NCBI RefSeq assembly: GCF_009914755.1
Contig: NC_060937.1
Length of the DNA: 64,000 nucleotides
DNA from: the human T2T-CHM13v2.0 reference genome, Homo sapiens
Strand: one strand, 5' to 3'
Below are positions 32,330-47,090 of the stretch, piece by piece (positions within the stretch are counted from its first letter, which is position 1; the number at the start of each line of letters is the position of its first letter). The notes beneath the pieces are model-generated. The model did not search any database, was not told the DNA's origin, and saw only the letters and a list, made by a program, of their open reading frames with translations. A program made the position numbers and the translations under genes.

Positions 32330-32330
32330 T

Positions 32331-32361
<31 letters not shown>

Positions 32362-32468
32362 GAAAAAGAAAGAAAAGAAAGAAAGAAGAAAGGGAGAGAA
32401 AGAAAGAGAAAAGAAAGAGAGAGATGAAATAAAGAAAGAAAGAAAAGAAAGAAAGAGAAAGAAAGAAA
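32330..32468. repeat. GA/GAAA purine-rich simple repeat
   Basis: Direct inspection. Confidence 0.9.
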
Positions 32469-32821
32469 CTAAATTGGTTTTGACTTTTGAAGTCAAAAGC
32501 CACTGTGTATAATTATGAGAATGTCACAGTTAAGAGTTTATGTAGAATGTGATTTTTTTTTGTACCAGTTGGGAATTCTTTGGTGTCAGGTTATTTTTGT
32601 TTTATGAACTTATTTTTCTAGCTTTCACTTCCTGAATCACTGAATATAAACTAAAATGAATGAACTGAATGCTAATTATGTTTCTTCCTGGTTAAATATT
32701 TAATCCCCAATTTTCTGTTTTCAATAAACTTTTTTCCTTTTCTTTCATTTTTAAAATTTTCTTTCTGTGTTTTTTCTTTCATTTTTAATTATTTCTACCT
32801 TTTTCTGTTCTTTTATTTTAG

Positions 32822-32911
32822 GATCTGGGGATACCGAAAGTGGGTCATGTGAAGCGAATTCTCCAGGGAATTAAAGAGCTTGGAAGGAGCACTCCACAGT
32901 CGGAGGTGTAA
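32822..32911 (+). CDS. DGKH: DGKH last coding exon: eta2 frame DLGIPKVGHVKRILQGIKELGRSTPQSEV*; eta1 frame GSGDTESGSCEANSPGN* (stop 32872-32874)
   Basis: long pyrimidine tract + ttttag; completes SAM helix 5; TAA at 32909-32911. Confidence 0.96.
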   Translation, partial: DLGIPKVGHVKRILQGIKELGRSTPQSEV

Positions 32912-34367
32912 TCATATTGGTGCTATTCCTTGGAAGAGAAGTTATTGCCACTTAATACAAAGTCCTTGGAAGCAAGTGGCTGTTCTTGTAGTTTTCTGCA
33001 TAGATAAGTAAGCACCACTGAAGCACCTCTGTGGCTTGATATTTTGCTGTGGGTGAAATTTTGATTTGAGGTATTAGAAAATATTTTTGTGCCGAACAAT
33101 ACATTCCACAAAGCCATTTTCTTTTTGTGCAAACCTGACATGTTCAAATATATTCACAATGGTAATAAGGTAGGAGGAATCTGAGACGATTGCATTGTCT
33201 AAACAGTGGAATTGCAAAATGTTTACTTTCCATAGATCTGGTCTGATGGAATGTTCCTACTGTGCAACTGCATAACAATATGTGGTTAAAACTTCCTAGG
33301 TTTCATTACGGGGGGGCATTGGCCATTTTCTTAAAATCATAGGTTAGGAGACTAAAATATAAATTAAGTTGTGATTTGAATGTAGATTGGTATCACCTCC
33401 AACTCCTAGTGCTTAGTGGTCAAATATGTTGAAAACCTTTCCAATACTATGAATGAATGCAAATCTTAATGCACGATGTTCCTGCCTGAAATGTCTTTCT
33501 TTTTCTTGCATGTCACATCTAATACTGTAACACTTTAAATAGCTTTCATGTCAGTTTTAATGTTAATGGGATTTAATTTATTACTAAAGTACATTTTTGT
33601 TGGCTAAGGGCACTGCACTTTTCTGTTTTTTAATGTGGGATTTTGCGTAAATATTCTGTACCTAAGACTTTGTGAAAGTGTGTCTGTGCCATAATCAACA
33701 AATGATATACATCACATGCAAGTCAATTTTATTTCAATCTATCATAAGCAGTAGGCGTGCACGTTAAGAAAATTCTCTGGATATTTTCATAAAATTACAT
33801 GCTCCCTTACCTGACAAAACTTGTTACAGCTTTCCAAACCAAAATTTCCACATTTTGTTTCTAATTTTTAATTTCAATTTAATAATTATTTAATATTCTA
33901 TTTGAATTTATAATATAGTAAAGTGTTGATATCCAGGAATTCCCTGAGGTGTCAACTGAGATTTATATACTGACAGATAACCCAGACTCACCCGCTCTCT
34001 ACAGTGACTTCTGACACGATCTTCCAAACAGAAGGGATTTAAATTTTTTCTTAAGGGCTTTATGTTGTTATTATTATTATCTCACTTAATTCTTAATTCT
34101 TATCAGGTGGATATTATTTTCCTTTTTCTAAACCACTGTACTTCAGTGTAGCTTATTATTAGAAGTCAACATTACAATGATCAAATCTTTGAAAGCCAAA
34201 GGCATACGTATCAAAAAGTCACAAAAATATCCTTAAATAAGCTTTCTTTAGCCATTATATACCAAAACATTAATTATAATATTTTAAAATTTGTATATAA
34301 GAGAAATAAACAGGGTACTGACTCAGTGGTGACAATTTTTATGAAGTAGCCTGCTAGGTGCTTAATA

Positions 34368-34450
34368 GATATATATACACACAGATATATACATATACAC
34401 ATATATGTGTATATATACATACATACACATATACATTTATATGTGTATAT
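34368..34450. repeat. (TA/CA)n low-complexity tract in 3' UTR
   Basis: Direct inspection. Confidence 0.85.
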
Positions 34451-34794
34451 ATATACCTACATACATATAACCTTGTGATATGGCATCATTGATATTTTCT
34501 AGACAATTATTTCCCCAGTGTTTAAAGAGAAATACTAATAGGCGAGCATTTAAAATGAACTATTGTCAGGCATATTATTTAATTATATCAAAGGAGTTTA
34601 ACTGTTTGACACTTTACTCTTGTTTATAACTTGGGTATTTAACTACTAGTAAAAATCACAAAATTTTAATGTCTTTAAAATAAATGACCCTGAGGGATTC
34701 CTGACCAAGTATGTCTGACTATATATTTTACCTAAGTTGTAAATAAATGGAAATTTTCCAAAGACAGTTATATCAAGTAGTTTAAAAAGTCATG

Positions 34795-35118
<324 letters not shown>

Positions 35119-35537
35119 CTAATTGTATCTGCACTTACGAAGTCAGAGGTCTCCTTTTTCAGTCCCTCTGATAGTACCACCTAAGTGCTGTCCTGCTCCT
35201 GTGAACACTTTCCTGTGCAACCAAACAGGAGGTGCCAGGTTCCCAGAACTCTCTAACATTACAGATCTCTGTCCATCTTTACTAAAAAAAGGAAATGTGA
35301 GGGAAAGAAGGGGAAGAACTCTAGCATAAATAATGTATTAATATAAATATCTATATTGATTTTCACCCCCCATTCCCCTTTGCTAATAGAAAAGAGTCTA
35401 GCTATGATGTGTCCCAAATTTAAGAGTGTGATGTGAAGGACTGAATTTTTGTTTGTTCGTTTGGTGAGCTTTTCACTCGTAGGTGACATCTTTTGTATAT
35501 GCTGTAAAGTCTCAGTTAATGGAATCCTACAGTGCAT

Positions 35538-35576
35538 TTCTGGCTAGCTCGGTTGGTAGAGCGTGAGTCTCTTAAT
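35538..35576 (+). pseudogene. 5' half tRNA-Lys(CTT)-derived tailless retrocopy
   Basis: 32/39 match to remembered tRNA-Lys-CTT 5' half through the anticodon CTT; 13-nt direct repeats TTAATGGAATCCT at 35516 and 35572. Confidence 0.8.
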
Positions 35577-36514
35577 GGAATCCTTAATTAGCTAGAATTT
35601 TCCTGCAAATGGCTTTGGATGAGGGAAATTCTATAAAATGACAATTTGGATATACTTTTTGTTAAATGAGAGCAATTTTCTCTGTATGCTTTGTCTATGC
35701 ATGGCTGTGCAGGGCCCAAATGACTTCACTGACACCTGTTTCCAGGAGGGGGTCTTCAGAGCCTCCTTAGGCTCTTGTCAGTATCATAAATAATTCCTCT
35801 TCTTATAGCGGATGGGGTTACCAAAAAAAATAAAAAGTAGGGAAGAGCTTCTCCATGGGATCAGATCACAGCTTTGGGGAGTGGGATGGGGCCTCTATGC
35901 TTTGATCTATGCATGAGCTGGGGTGAGAAGTTCCCACCTGCACCTGACTGCAATGACTGTAATGGCTGGAATTGTCACCTCTTCTCCCTGATAGGCTCTT
36001 CCTCACCTGGAGGATCGGGGCTGGTGGGAGGGCAGGGAAGGGGAGGCCATCAGCCAGAATGTATTTTCTTTCAGTTCCATTTCCTGAGGAAGAACTTGCT
36101 TTTAAAGGAGGAAAGGGACAGAATCAGACCTAAATAAAATTCCTGAGTATGCAATATTTCTCTTTAGTGTCTCTTCACCTCCCTTTCTGAGTTTCTTTCC
36201 TACATCCTGGCTCTTCATTTTCCCAATGCCCAATATAATCATGGTTGCTGAAATTCTCACTGCCTTCTACTTTCCTTTCCCCATCAATTAACCCACTACA
36301 AAATGACCCCTTTCATTTCTCGCTTAAGCATACATGGTGGGTCATTTAACTAAGTGTTAGGAAGAAAACAATTTAAAGACACTAATTTTACAGTTTGCGT
36401 TCTGTAAAAGGATACTTGCTGGATAATCTAAGTGAATTGATGGATTAGGTCATTTGGGATTGTGATATATATTGTTCTTGCTGACAAGAAATGACCCATG
36501 AATGTCTAGATCTA

Positions 36515-37120
36515 TCCTGTCCAATATTGTAGCTACATGTGGCTATCTAAATTTAAATGTAATTTAATTAAGCCAGGCATAATGGCACAAGCCTGTAATT
36601 CCGGTGACTCAGGAGGCTTAGGAGGGAAGATGGCTTCAGGCCAGGAGTTTGAGACCAGCCTCGGCAACATAGTGAGACCCTGTCTCTGAAAAAAAATTTT
36701 TTTAACTAGCTAGGCATGGTGGCATGCGCCTGTAGTCCCAGCTATTCTGAAGGCTGAGGTGGGAGGATTGCTTGAGACCAGGAGTTCAAGGCTGCAGTGA
36801 GCCATGATCATGCTACTGCCCTCCAGCCTGGGCAGCAGAGCAAGACCCCTACTCTTTAAAAAAATTAATTTAATTAGAAACTCCATTTCTCAGTTGCACT
36901 AACTACATTTCAAGTGTTCAGTAACCATAGTGGACAGTGCAGATGTAGAAAATTTCCATCACTGCAAAAATTCTATTGGACAGCACTGGTGCAGATCATT
37001 GCTACTCAAAATGTGATCCATGGGCCAGCAGCATCAATATTACCTGGGAGCTTACAGAAATGCAGAATTTCAGGCCCACTGCAGATCTACCGAATCAAAA
37101 TCTTCCTTTAGCAAAATTTC
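36515..37120. mobile_element. MER3-like hAT element split by AluJ (36570-36860), followed by MER5A-like element
   Basis: ctgtccaata...tattggacag inverted ends; gggccagcagcatc...agaaatgcagaat MER5 motif. Confidence 0.75.
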
Positions 37121-40100
37121 TCAAACGATTAGCACTGGCCTACATCCATTTTATCCTTCCTTAGCTATTAGGGATGTGAGGTCCGAGGGCTTCAAAAGGT
37201 CCCCGGAATAGCTTGTTCCTTCATCCACTGTGTCCTATTCATTCTTCAGCTAACTCCAGCAATGAGCTGAAACTCATTCATCACCCTTGCTGAGTTTTCT
37301 TCTCAATCCTTATTCCTAATTCTGGTTCTAGATGAGCCCTACCTACCCAGTGGTTGTATTTTTGTAGCCAGTGTGGGACACAGGAGATTGGCAGACCAAC
37401 ACAGCTAGCCTCTCTCTAGCCCTCCCTCCACCTCTAAGTCACTAACAATCCATGTTTGTTCAGTTTGTTGACATGTGGCATGTTCATTTGTTCACAACTT
37501 AATCACGGGGGACATTTCAGAAAAATGTGTACTAAGTTAAAACCATGTTTAGTCTCCTACAACTTGTACATTTTCATTTTCTCTTATCAGTAGATTGTCC
37601 TTGTTGACATAGCTCATGCATGAGGACACATAGCAGTACACACACATTGAATGAATTGTTAGTCATGCAAAAAAAGAAAAGGAATGAACCAAGATGATTG
37701 CAAGTTAATCTCATTTAAGCCCTCTAAAAAGGCATGCTTTGCTAGATTTAGATCTGTTTTCCTTACACTCACTTATCTTGATGTTCACATGGTTAATAAT
37801 TCCTTAAAATAGTGCCTGAAGAATAATATTTCATATTCTTGACCCCCAAATAACAGTTTACTTAATTTTATAATAAGATTTTTCCCAATGAGACTTATTT
37901 TCAGGAATCCTTCTCTTAATAACTTTTACATATTGATATAATGTACCAAAACACAATTGCCTAGAGATGCTTTAGCTAATTTTTATTAATAAAGAGGACA
38001 ATATTTTTGTCTTCATGGAACTTATTTTTAACAGGAATCAAGGAAGAAAATATTCATGCAGAGCTATGACTTAGAAAGTTATAGGGGCTGCCACTATACA
38101 GCACTTCTAAAGTAAAACATCTTCTATCTCCAACTGGGCTGTCAACATAGTGGACTTTCATGTTCTATGGATATGAATTCTTTAAGGATATAGCCCTTAA
38201 TTAAGCTGTAAAAACAATGCATCTCTCAACCTTGACATTTAGGATCTCTCCTGTCTGCCCCCTCTACGCCCCACTCCAATTAACTCATCCTACATCTCTC
38301 AGATGTAAGTTGGATAAGAGTGGGTTTGAAGTTTGGTAATACAAGTGGCAGTTTTAAAACACCAAATTCTTTAGATCAGCTGAAAAGAAGAGTGAGAATT
38401 GAAAATTCCTCCACTAGTAATTGTTAGCCAATAGAATAGCCTCCCAGAGCAGTCCCCACAGCACTTGGTTGCCATGGGTTTCTCTCCTCTCACTGCCTGC
38501 CCCAGTGCCATGATGTCTGGGGCTTGTCTCTTCTATGGCATCCCCTGATTGACTTTTGTATAGCAACCTCTGTGTCAAGTCAGTAATATGATGCCATTGT
38601 AATAGGAGGCCTTCCTAAAGAAGTAACTGCAACTTTTAAAACGTGATGATTATTGGTTTTTATAATACACAAAGCATTAATTTTTTCTTATCTTATTTTC
38701 TCTTTATTATTTCTTTCCAACTTTTGTTTGGAGACATTTATGTTAGAAGAAAAACTATAAAGTTTTATCATTGTAGAGAACAGAGAGATCAAAGACAGCT
38801 GGACTGTACCTGTTTGTGTAATTATTTCTGATATTTTTAGGAAAAGAAGTTTAACAGAGTAACTCAGACTGAGACTGTTAAACTCTGTTCATGATAAACT
38901 CCATATTACATAATATAGGTGAACAGATTAATTCCCTCCATGTAACTAAGATACTCTATTTACATTATTTATATACTCTCTTAGTTTTTTATGCACTTCC
39001 AAGTTTTAGTTGGAAAAATGAAAACCAAGCTACTACTTAAAAGTTATTAAAAACTTCACATAAAATATTTCATTTTAGCTACAAGTTATTCATTGCATAG
39101 GATTTTATAAATAGTCTGGGTATTTCATAGGAACTGCATTTCAAAAGTGAATTAACCAAACCTAAAAAAAGGGTTACTTTTAAAATGCATTAAAATAAAG
39201 AAGTTTCATATTCAGTTGATAAGGCCATTAAGGTAGGATAATGCAGTTACATATACAAACTAAAAAAGGAAAAAGAATATATTTTGTGGTCCTTAATGTT
39301 TGATTGCACTATTGTTTCCCACAGCTTAGCCATATCTATTTCTGTATACCAAGTATTAAGCTGATATGTAGCTAAATATTTCTTACAGTTCTGGTAACTG
39401 GTAACTAGTGCTGTGAAAGGTTTTGGTATTGTAACATTCCCAGTTTTGTGAGTTATATATTGTATATTGAAGATGACTAGTAAATTCAAGTAATATATTT
39501 ATCTACAGCTGGGAAAATATAATTATTTTCAAATCTTCAAGTAAGTTGTATCGAATGTTTTTCTTCCTCTTAAGTGAGATAAATCTCACTTTTATGTTAA
39601 AATGTCTATTTATACAACAGGTTTCTCCTTTTGCTGTTATTTTCATATTAAAATTTTTCTTATCTTTTTATATCAAAATAATTATGCTGGCTATTCAAAC
39701 TGCCAAGATGTATTTTAGTTTGCAGGATTTTTGGCAGACAAAATATTTAATAACAAATATAAAAGCTTTGTATATTTTGTGGCATTAGGGGCAAGAATTT
39801 TACCTTTGGATTTCTCTATGTGAGGCAGTGCTGGTGTCAGCAAAGTCAGTAACAGACAGTATTACTTGTAATCATCAAAAGAAGGTTTCCACAAGTTGTA
39901 TAAATCAGTGCATTTATTTATTATGTTGTGAAACTTAAGCTTTATATGAAATACATATTCTAGCTCTTTTCCTTTTTACTGCTGTTGTTTAGAGTGTGTA
40001 GTTCTGTTGATGATTTACTTATGTACTTGAAGTACTCATTTCTGTCAAACAGATGCCCAACTATTTTCCTTTTAAAAAACTGTATTCTTTACTGCAATAG

Positions 40101-40370
40101 ATAGCGGAATAGTAATAGACACTTTGTTAAAAAAATAAGTTTCATGTTTAAAATAAATATTTTTTTAAAATATAAAGCCAAAATGAATTCACCAATATTA
40201 AGGATTTAATGTAGCCAAGGGATTCAGTGTGTTATATTTTGCCAATATGTATTTTATCTTCATGTCACAACTTATTTTCTGTAGCCAATTCTCAGTTTTA
40301 GTTGAAGAGAGATCTCAGTGATTGTACTGCCAATATGACATTCAAATGAACATTAGGAATCTTGAACCAT

Positions 40371-40673
<303 letters not shown>

Positions 40674-43600
40674 CTAGCAGTTCTAGGTTCCAGGGTGGAT
40701 ATTTTTAACATATGTTTGCATTTGGTTCTGGGATAGTAACCGTTATGGATAATTGTTTGTTTCTGTCAAGTCGGTGAGATTTTAATTGTTTGAATTATTT
40801 CTATTTAAAATTACTCTCAATTTAACTGTTTAAAAAACTAAAAATTTAAAACATAATGGCACAACATACGACACAGAATAAAACACATGTTTTCAAGGAA
40901 GAAGAAAAAACTGTTTTGACTTAATGTGAAGCAGGGGTTTACCAAAGAAAATTGCTTTAATAAGCCCTAACTTTAACTGTTTTCTTCTATGTTACAGTGT
41001 TAGCGGTTGATGTATTGTGTACTGTTTAAGAACTCATAGGAGACTAATAATTAATTTACTATAATTTTAAAGGCAAAGAGTTTTATATTAATTTTACTGT
41101 TGCACAAGCAGTTATTGGAAGTGGGGGAAAAAAGAAAACAGGTGAGAGAAATTACATGGAAATTATAGGAAAAAGGAACTTGAATTGGTAATTTGGCAAA
41201 GATTTGGGAACAAATAGTTTGAACATAGATTTCTTTCACCTTATATGATAGAAACACAAGGCACACGTGAGCTGTATAGTGTGCTGAGCACACCCCCAGA
41301 AAACAAAAAATATCACATTGATGAAGTCCGAGACTGTATCTAGATCTTAGCATAACTAGTGAATTCAGGGAGCACATCCTGCTGCTGAAATTGAGAAGTC
41401 AGTAAGAAGGTAGTTCAGATGACCTAATCATTCAAGACATTTGATGGAGTCCACACAAGGGTTTATGATGTGGGGCAAATATCTGTGCTTTCTCATCTCA
41501 GTGATTGATGTCTGGAGAACTAGTCAGACACACTTAGCTGGTTCCTATAGAAAAACACCAGTAAATGTGGATCAGACCATACCCTGCAGACCAAGGAGAT
41601 TTTCTTAAACTTGCTAAGCCTTTCTTAAACTTGCCAAGTATTAGCAATGATAATTGCTAAATGGATTTTTTCCTTTCACTGAAACAACAAAACAATTATT
41701 GAAATTCACAATACCTAGAGATGGGAACATGGTTTAGGTTTATCCAGTTCTGTAACTGACTTTGGCATTGGCTCATTGTGTCCTTTCTACAAGTTATGTT
41801 TTGGTGACTTGGTGTCCCCAGTTAGAAATGGCACACAATATTATCAGTTGTTAGTACTTGGTAACGTTTCTTTTACTAAAGGAATTATATAAGTATGAAT
41901 CATACCTAATTTTACAATTTCTTTCCCACGGTCATTTTGGATATAAAGATAGACTTCCCAGACAGTGAGGTTAGAAATTAGAAGTTCAAATTGATATCCC
42001 TGATGTTTAATTTAAAAATGAAAGTAAAGTTAAAATTAGTAGCATTTGTACCAGAGTAGATTATGGGTATTTTCATCTGTTATATTACATGTTCATATTA
42101 TTCATTTTAGGATAGGCCAAAACTCACTTCTAAAATCTTCAAAAATTTTGAATAGTTTCATTTTTTCAATACTTAAGCCAAACGACAATTTTATAGATGT
42201 GAATATATGTTTTTTAAAGTTAAGTCCTTCATATCTTTTCTTAGTTTAACTCCCCAAAGAGGAAAATGTCTCTTTAAACCAGTAGTTAAAAAGATGGAGT
42301 ATGTGATGTTCCTTTCTCTGTACTGAGTTCTGAATGTTTAATCCAGAGCATGGATCACTGACTGCGTTCTCTGACTGTGGAATGGTATTCTTTCATGCAA
42401 AGTACTTTCAAAACTTCCCATAAAGAAACTAAACTAGAGATTGTCTTTATTAATTAATGGAACTCTGGGTATGATTAAGGGAATTAAATTAGAAAGTAGA
42501 ATAACCTAGTTAAAATCATTATATTAGTTATACATGAGAGTCAGTGAACGATGACTTGATTTTTACATGACATTTGAATTCTGTCACTATCTGATTCTTG
42601 ACCTAAAGGTTTCTTTGCTAAATCTGATATTTATTATAGTATAATATGATAATTTGGAGCTCCTGTTGCATCTCACTGCCCCAAAAATGTTGGAATGCCA
42701 TATGATACAGGGAAAAGATTGGAGTTCATCACCGTGGAATTTTGATCTGTCTTAATGACACAACTTAATTTTCATGATGATAGATCTCTGAATGATTAAT
42801 CCAGAATGATTTGGTACAGTGACTGGAAGAAATTGTTTTTCTGGGAATTTGCTTCCCATAATGACCTGATATACAGGTGACCTTAGTATAATTGAAATTA
42901 ATTATAATTTTAATTAGAACATGCTCTGTTTACAGATTATAATTGCGCAGCATTTTAAAAAAATATACATAATTATGAGGATGAGAGAATTGCAAACTTG
43001 AACAGTTCTTTTGTTTTCTCTCCTTTTACTTGAAAAGCTTTCAGAAAGCTTTTGAAAGATGACACAGTTTTCATAGCAACAGTATGCAAATTAGGTTTTT
43101 CTGCCAAGAAACTCATAAACTAAAGTATGGAATAACACAAATGCTTAATCTTAATCTTGGCTTTGGATTTTGTAAGCAAAAGCATTTTCTGCATCAATTT
43201 TTTTCAGTATGCAGTTGCATATTTCATTTTTTGATTATGTCAAAAGTTGAATTCTCATTTTATGCTGTGTTTCTCATTAGTTGCAGTAAAGTGTTGATTT
43301 CATTGCTGCCTTTCAGGCCTTCATCATACAAACCCTCACCATTTTTCACTCCTGTGCTTTTGCCATAGGTTTTTTTTTGTTTTTGGTTTTTTTCCAGCAA
43401 CTAGTTTTTCTACTTTCACTCTTTCCCACCAGAGTGGTCTCTCTAAAACAAATTTGCTAAAGTTCTTAAGTAGGCTCTTTTTTCTCTAAATTACAGAATA
43501 GCAAACTAACTCCTAAGCAAGATGAGTCAGTGTCTATGACCTTGCCTCTTTCTTCCTTTTTAGTATCCTCACCAACCTTCCCTCTGTTGACTTTTGTAAT

Positions 43601-44560
43601 CCAGGAATTTGGAACTACTTATGACTTAGTGCCTTGGCATAATCACATGCCATAGATGAACATGTTCAAGACTCAGTTCAAATTTAACTTTCTGTGAAGC
43701 CCTACCTGACTTCCCTAGGCAGGTATTTTCTCCATGCCTATAGTATATTGAAACTTTTTCTGTTAAAATAACATAACATTTCAATTACACACACACAACC
43801 TGTCTCTTCCACTGAACTTCTCTCTCCCCCTTTGTATTCTCAGTGTCTAGCTACACATAATAGGACTTTGATAAATATTTTTGAATGAAGGTAATAGAAA
43901 ACCCGAACTTCTCTATATTTGTGTACTTTCACAAACAAAGGCTTAGAATTCCACATGAAAGTCCACATGAGGTAAGTGTGCATTCATGAGCATGTGTGCA
44001 CTCTGGGCAAACCAACAGAAGATAAACAGCAAGGAAGAGCAGTTGTTTTGTGAAAAATAATCATCTGTTAGCTGTAAATCAGAAATATTGGCCAAATCAG
44101 AATTCTTGTTTCTAAAATGAGGCTTCTAAAATTTTCACATAACTGCCAAACTCTTATTTGTAATTCTTAAATATGCCCTAAAGATCATCTTTCTCTTTTA
44201 TAGACATTTAGTGTATACAGTCCACATAAATACATATACTGATTACCTACAGACAATAATGAGACTTCAGAAAGAATCAAAAGCAATAGTGATGGTGGAA
44301 TTTTTAAATAATATTCAGCTGGGGGGAAATAGACTGAGTTTGTGTGATTTCAGGTTATTTAGAGTTATTAATGTAAACATAAGAAGGCTTGTGACTCTTA
44401 TCACCCTCTATAGAATATAAAGACTAAAAATAAAAACTATTACCTCTGGGCCTGTTTTTCTTTGGGATTAGATAAAGCCTTTCTACCATATCACCAAATA
44501 CTCATAAAGGCTAACACAGAAAGCTTTTCCAAGTTAATAATTTCTAAAATTAAATATCAG

Positions 44561-44891
<331 letters not shown>

Positions 44892-46597
44892 TCATTCACT
44901 TGATAGACTTTTCTACCTGCTCTATACTTGGCACTCAATTAGATTCTGGGGATACAGATAAAATAAGACAAAGCTCCCATCTGGTAGAGTCCAAGTTTGT
45001 TTTCACAGTTATTTTTCCACAGTCTGTTTAAGGTATTAGGAGGACTTTTATAAACCGAGTGTTTTTCAGGTTACTTCAGAGAGGAGTCTCCTTCCACCCA
45101 AAAAAACTAACCAAATTATTTTATCATAAAGAGGTAATCCCATTTTTATGTCCACAATTTTTACATTTTTGTATCAGCCACCAATAATTTTGACTGTTTT
45201 GTCAAGTACATATTTCATCAATCCTATTTCCACAGCCGTACATGTGATCCCAGTGACTGATAGATCTGTAGAATGTGAACTCACATTTAAAGTTTATTTT
45301 GGGAAGGCATATATGCCTTTTGATGACACACACACCAAAATATATAAGAGCTGTGCATGGTAAACCCACAGTAGAAGGGAAAAAGTAATGCTTTCTGGTA
45401 TACTTCAGAGGCTCCATTTGAAGATGTGCGTTGATGTTTCCTTGATTATTTTGAATGAGGAGTAGGCGGTAATATTTAACAGGTAGCATACGTATCTAAG
45501 CATATAGTAAATATTACTAGTACTTGTGTGCCATGAGGCACTAATACATAGGTGAAACAAAAATATTTTTAGTTCTAAAAAATTCTCTAGATATTTATGG
45601 ATGGTTAGGCAATAGGGTTCCTTCATGAGAAGGAAAAAACTGTATCTTTATTGTCAGTAAGTGTGGAAAAAAACCCGACTTGTATGTGTATTCACAGTTT
45701 GATAGGCATATTTTGAAGTCATTGTTTTCCATCAATATTAAGTATCATCCATTTCTATGTTCTCTAGCAAAAGAAAATTCTTAGTGTGATACAGCTTTAC
45801 TCTTTGTTTGACTTTGTACAAGGTCCACAAAAGGAGGAGGCTCAAAAGATTGGACACTTTACCCTGACATTCAGCACATTCATTTTATCTTTCGATAAAG
45901 ATAACCAGAAATCATTTGCCTCTTGTTTATTATCATGTTGAAAACACAACAGTATAGTTCCTTTTGTCCCTTACATTGGAAAAGGTATTTTAAATTTAGC
46001 CTTGCCGTATTATTTATAGTTAGGAATTTACTACATTTTGGTAGTCTGTTTTGAAACTAAGCACTTGTGTCTGAAAGATGCAGATAATATCTATCTATTT
46101 ATTACACAGTGGGCTCTGTTTGCTGCAGAAAAGAGTGAAACTTTTAACTGCTTAGCACACTTGCCAGTGAAATATACCTGACAGAGCAGAGGTTATAACT
46201 TTGGCTCTAATTACTTTTAGTAATGGTAAGACAACGTGAGTTTTGTTTGTTTACATGCTGTTTACAATGGCATAATTTAAAAAATATATACAATTGAGAT
46301 ATTTATTGCCTACTATTTTAAAGATGTTTTATGTGTTTTCACCTTTGGAATATATTGTTACATTTCCTTGTACAGATAATTTTGGTGGCTTTGTTAATGT
46401 AGCTAGTAATTTTTATGACTACTAAGTGACCAGTTTTCGGTGCCTTTTATTGTGGGATGCATGATTATGTATTTATTGTACGGAAGTCACTGACGTGTGT
46501 ATTTTTGTACTTTGCTGAAAGTAATGGTTGATCCTGATGTACATGATGATGAAAGACATCTTTCCCAAAGGGCACTGCCTTGAGATCATCCTTCTCA

Positions 46598-46603
46598 AAT
46601 AAA
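46598..46603 (+). terminator. Distal polyadenylation signal AATAAA
   Basis: Upstream TGTA elements (~46477, 46506, 46538) and downstream GT/T-rich tract (gtgtg...gttgtttctgg). Confidence 0.7.
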
Positions 46604-46654
46604 AAGAATGCATTTGAAGAAAGTGTGAAGTCTACGTTGTTTCTGGTGGGAAAT

Positions 46655-47090
46655 CTTTTTTAAAATTAAACTTTTAATTTTGAGACAATTGTAGATTCAC
46701 ATGCAGTTGTAAAAAATAATGCAGAGAGAGCTCGTGTACCCTTTACCCATTTCCCCCCCAAAGGTAACATCTTGCAAAGCTGTAGTACAGTATCACAACC
46801 AGGACATTGAGATGCATAAGGTCACAATGCTGAACAGTTCTATCACCACAAGGACCCGTAATACAGATCCCTCATGTTTCCCTTTTATAGGCATACCTAC
46901 TTCCCTCTTGCCCTCACACACTTCTTAACCCCGGGCAACCACTTCTATACTTTTATCATTTCAAGAATATTACATAAATGGAATCATACAGTATGCGATT
47001 TTTTTTCACTTTAGAATAATTCCCTGGAGATTCATCTAAATTGTGTGTATTGATAGTTCATTTCTTCTTATTGCTGAGTAGTCTCGCATC
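46655..47090 (-). mobile_element. L1M 3' end
   Basis: tagattcacatgcagttgtaa...aaatggaatcatacagtatg. Confidence 0.75.

Noticed and set aside
38468-38481. RFX X-box-like GTTGCCATGG
   Set aside because: Second half-site (GTTT rather than CAAC/AAAC) does not match; isolated motif.
46481-46496. ETS (CGGAAGT) plus CRE half-site (TGACGT) near the UTR end
   Set aside because: Spacing differs from the ETS-CRE composite and there is no CpG island; cannot support a promoter.
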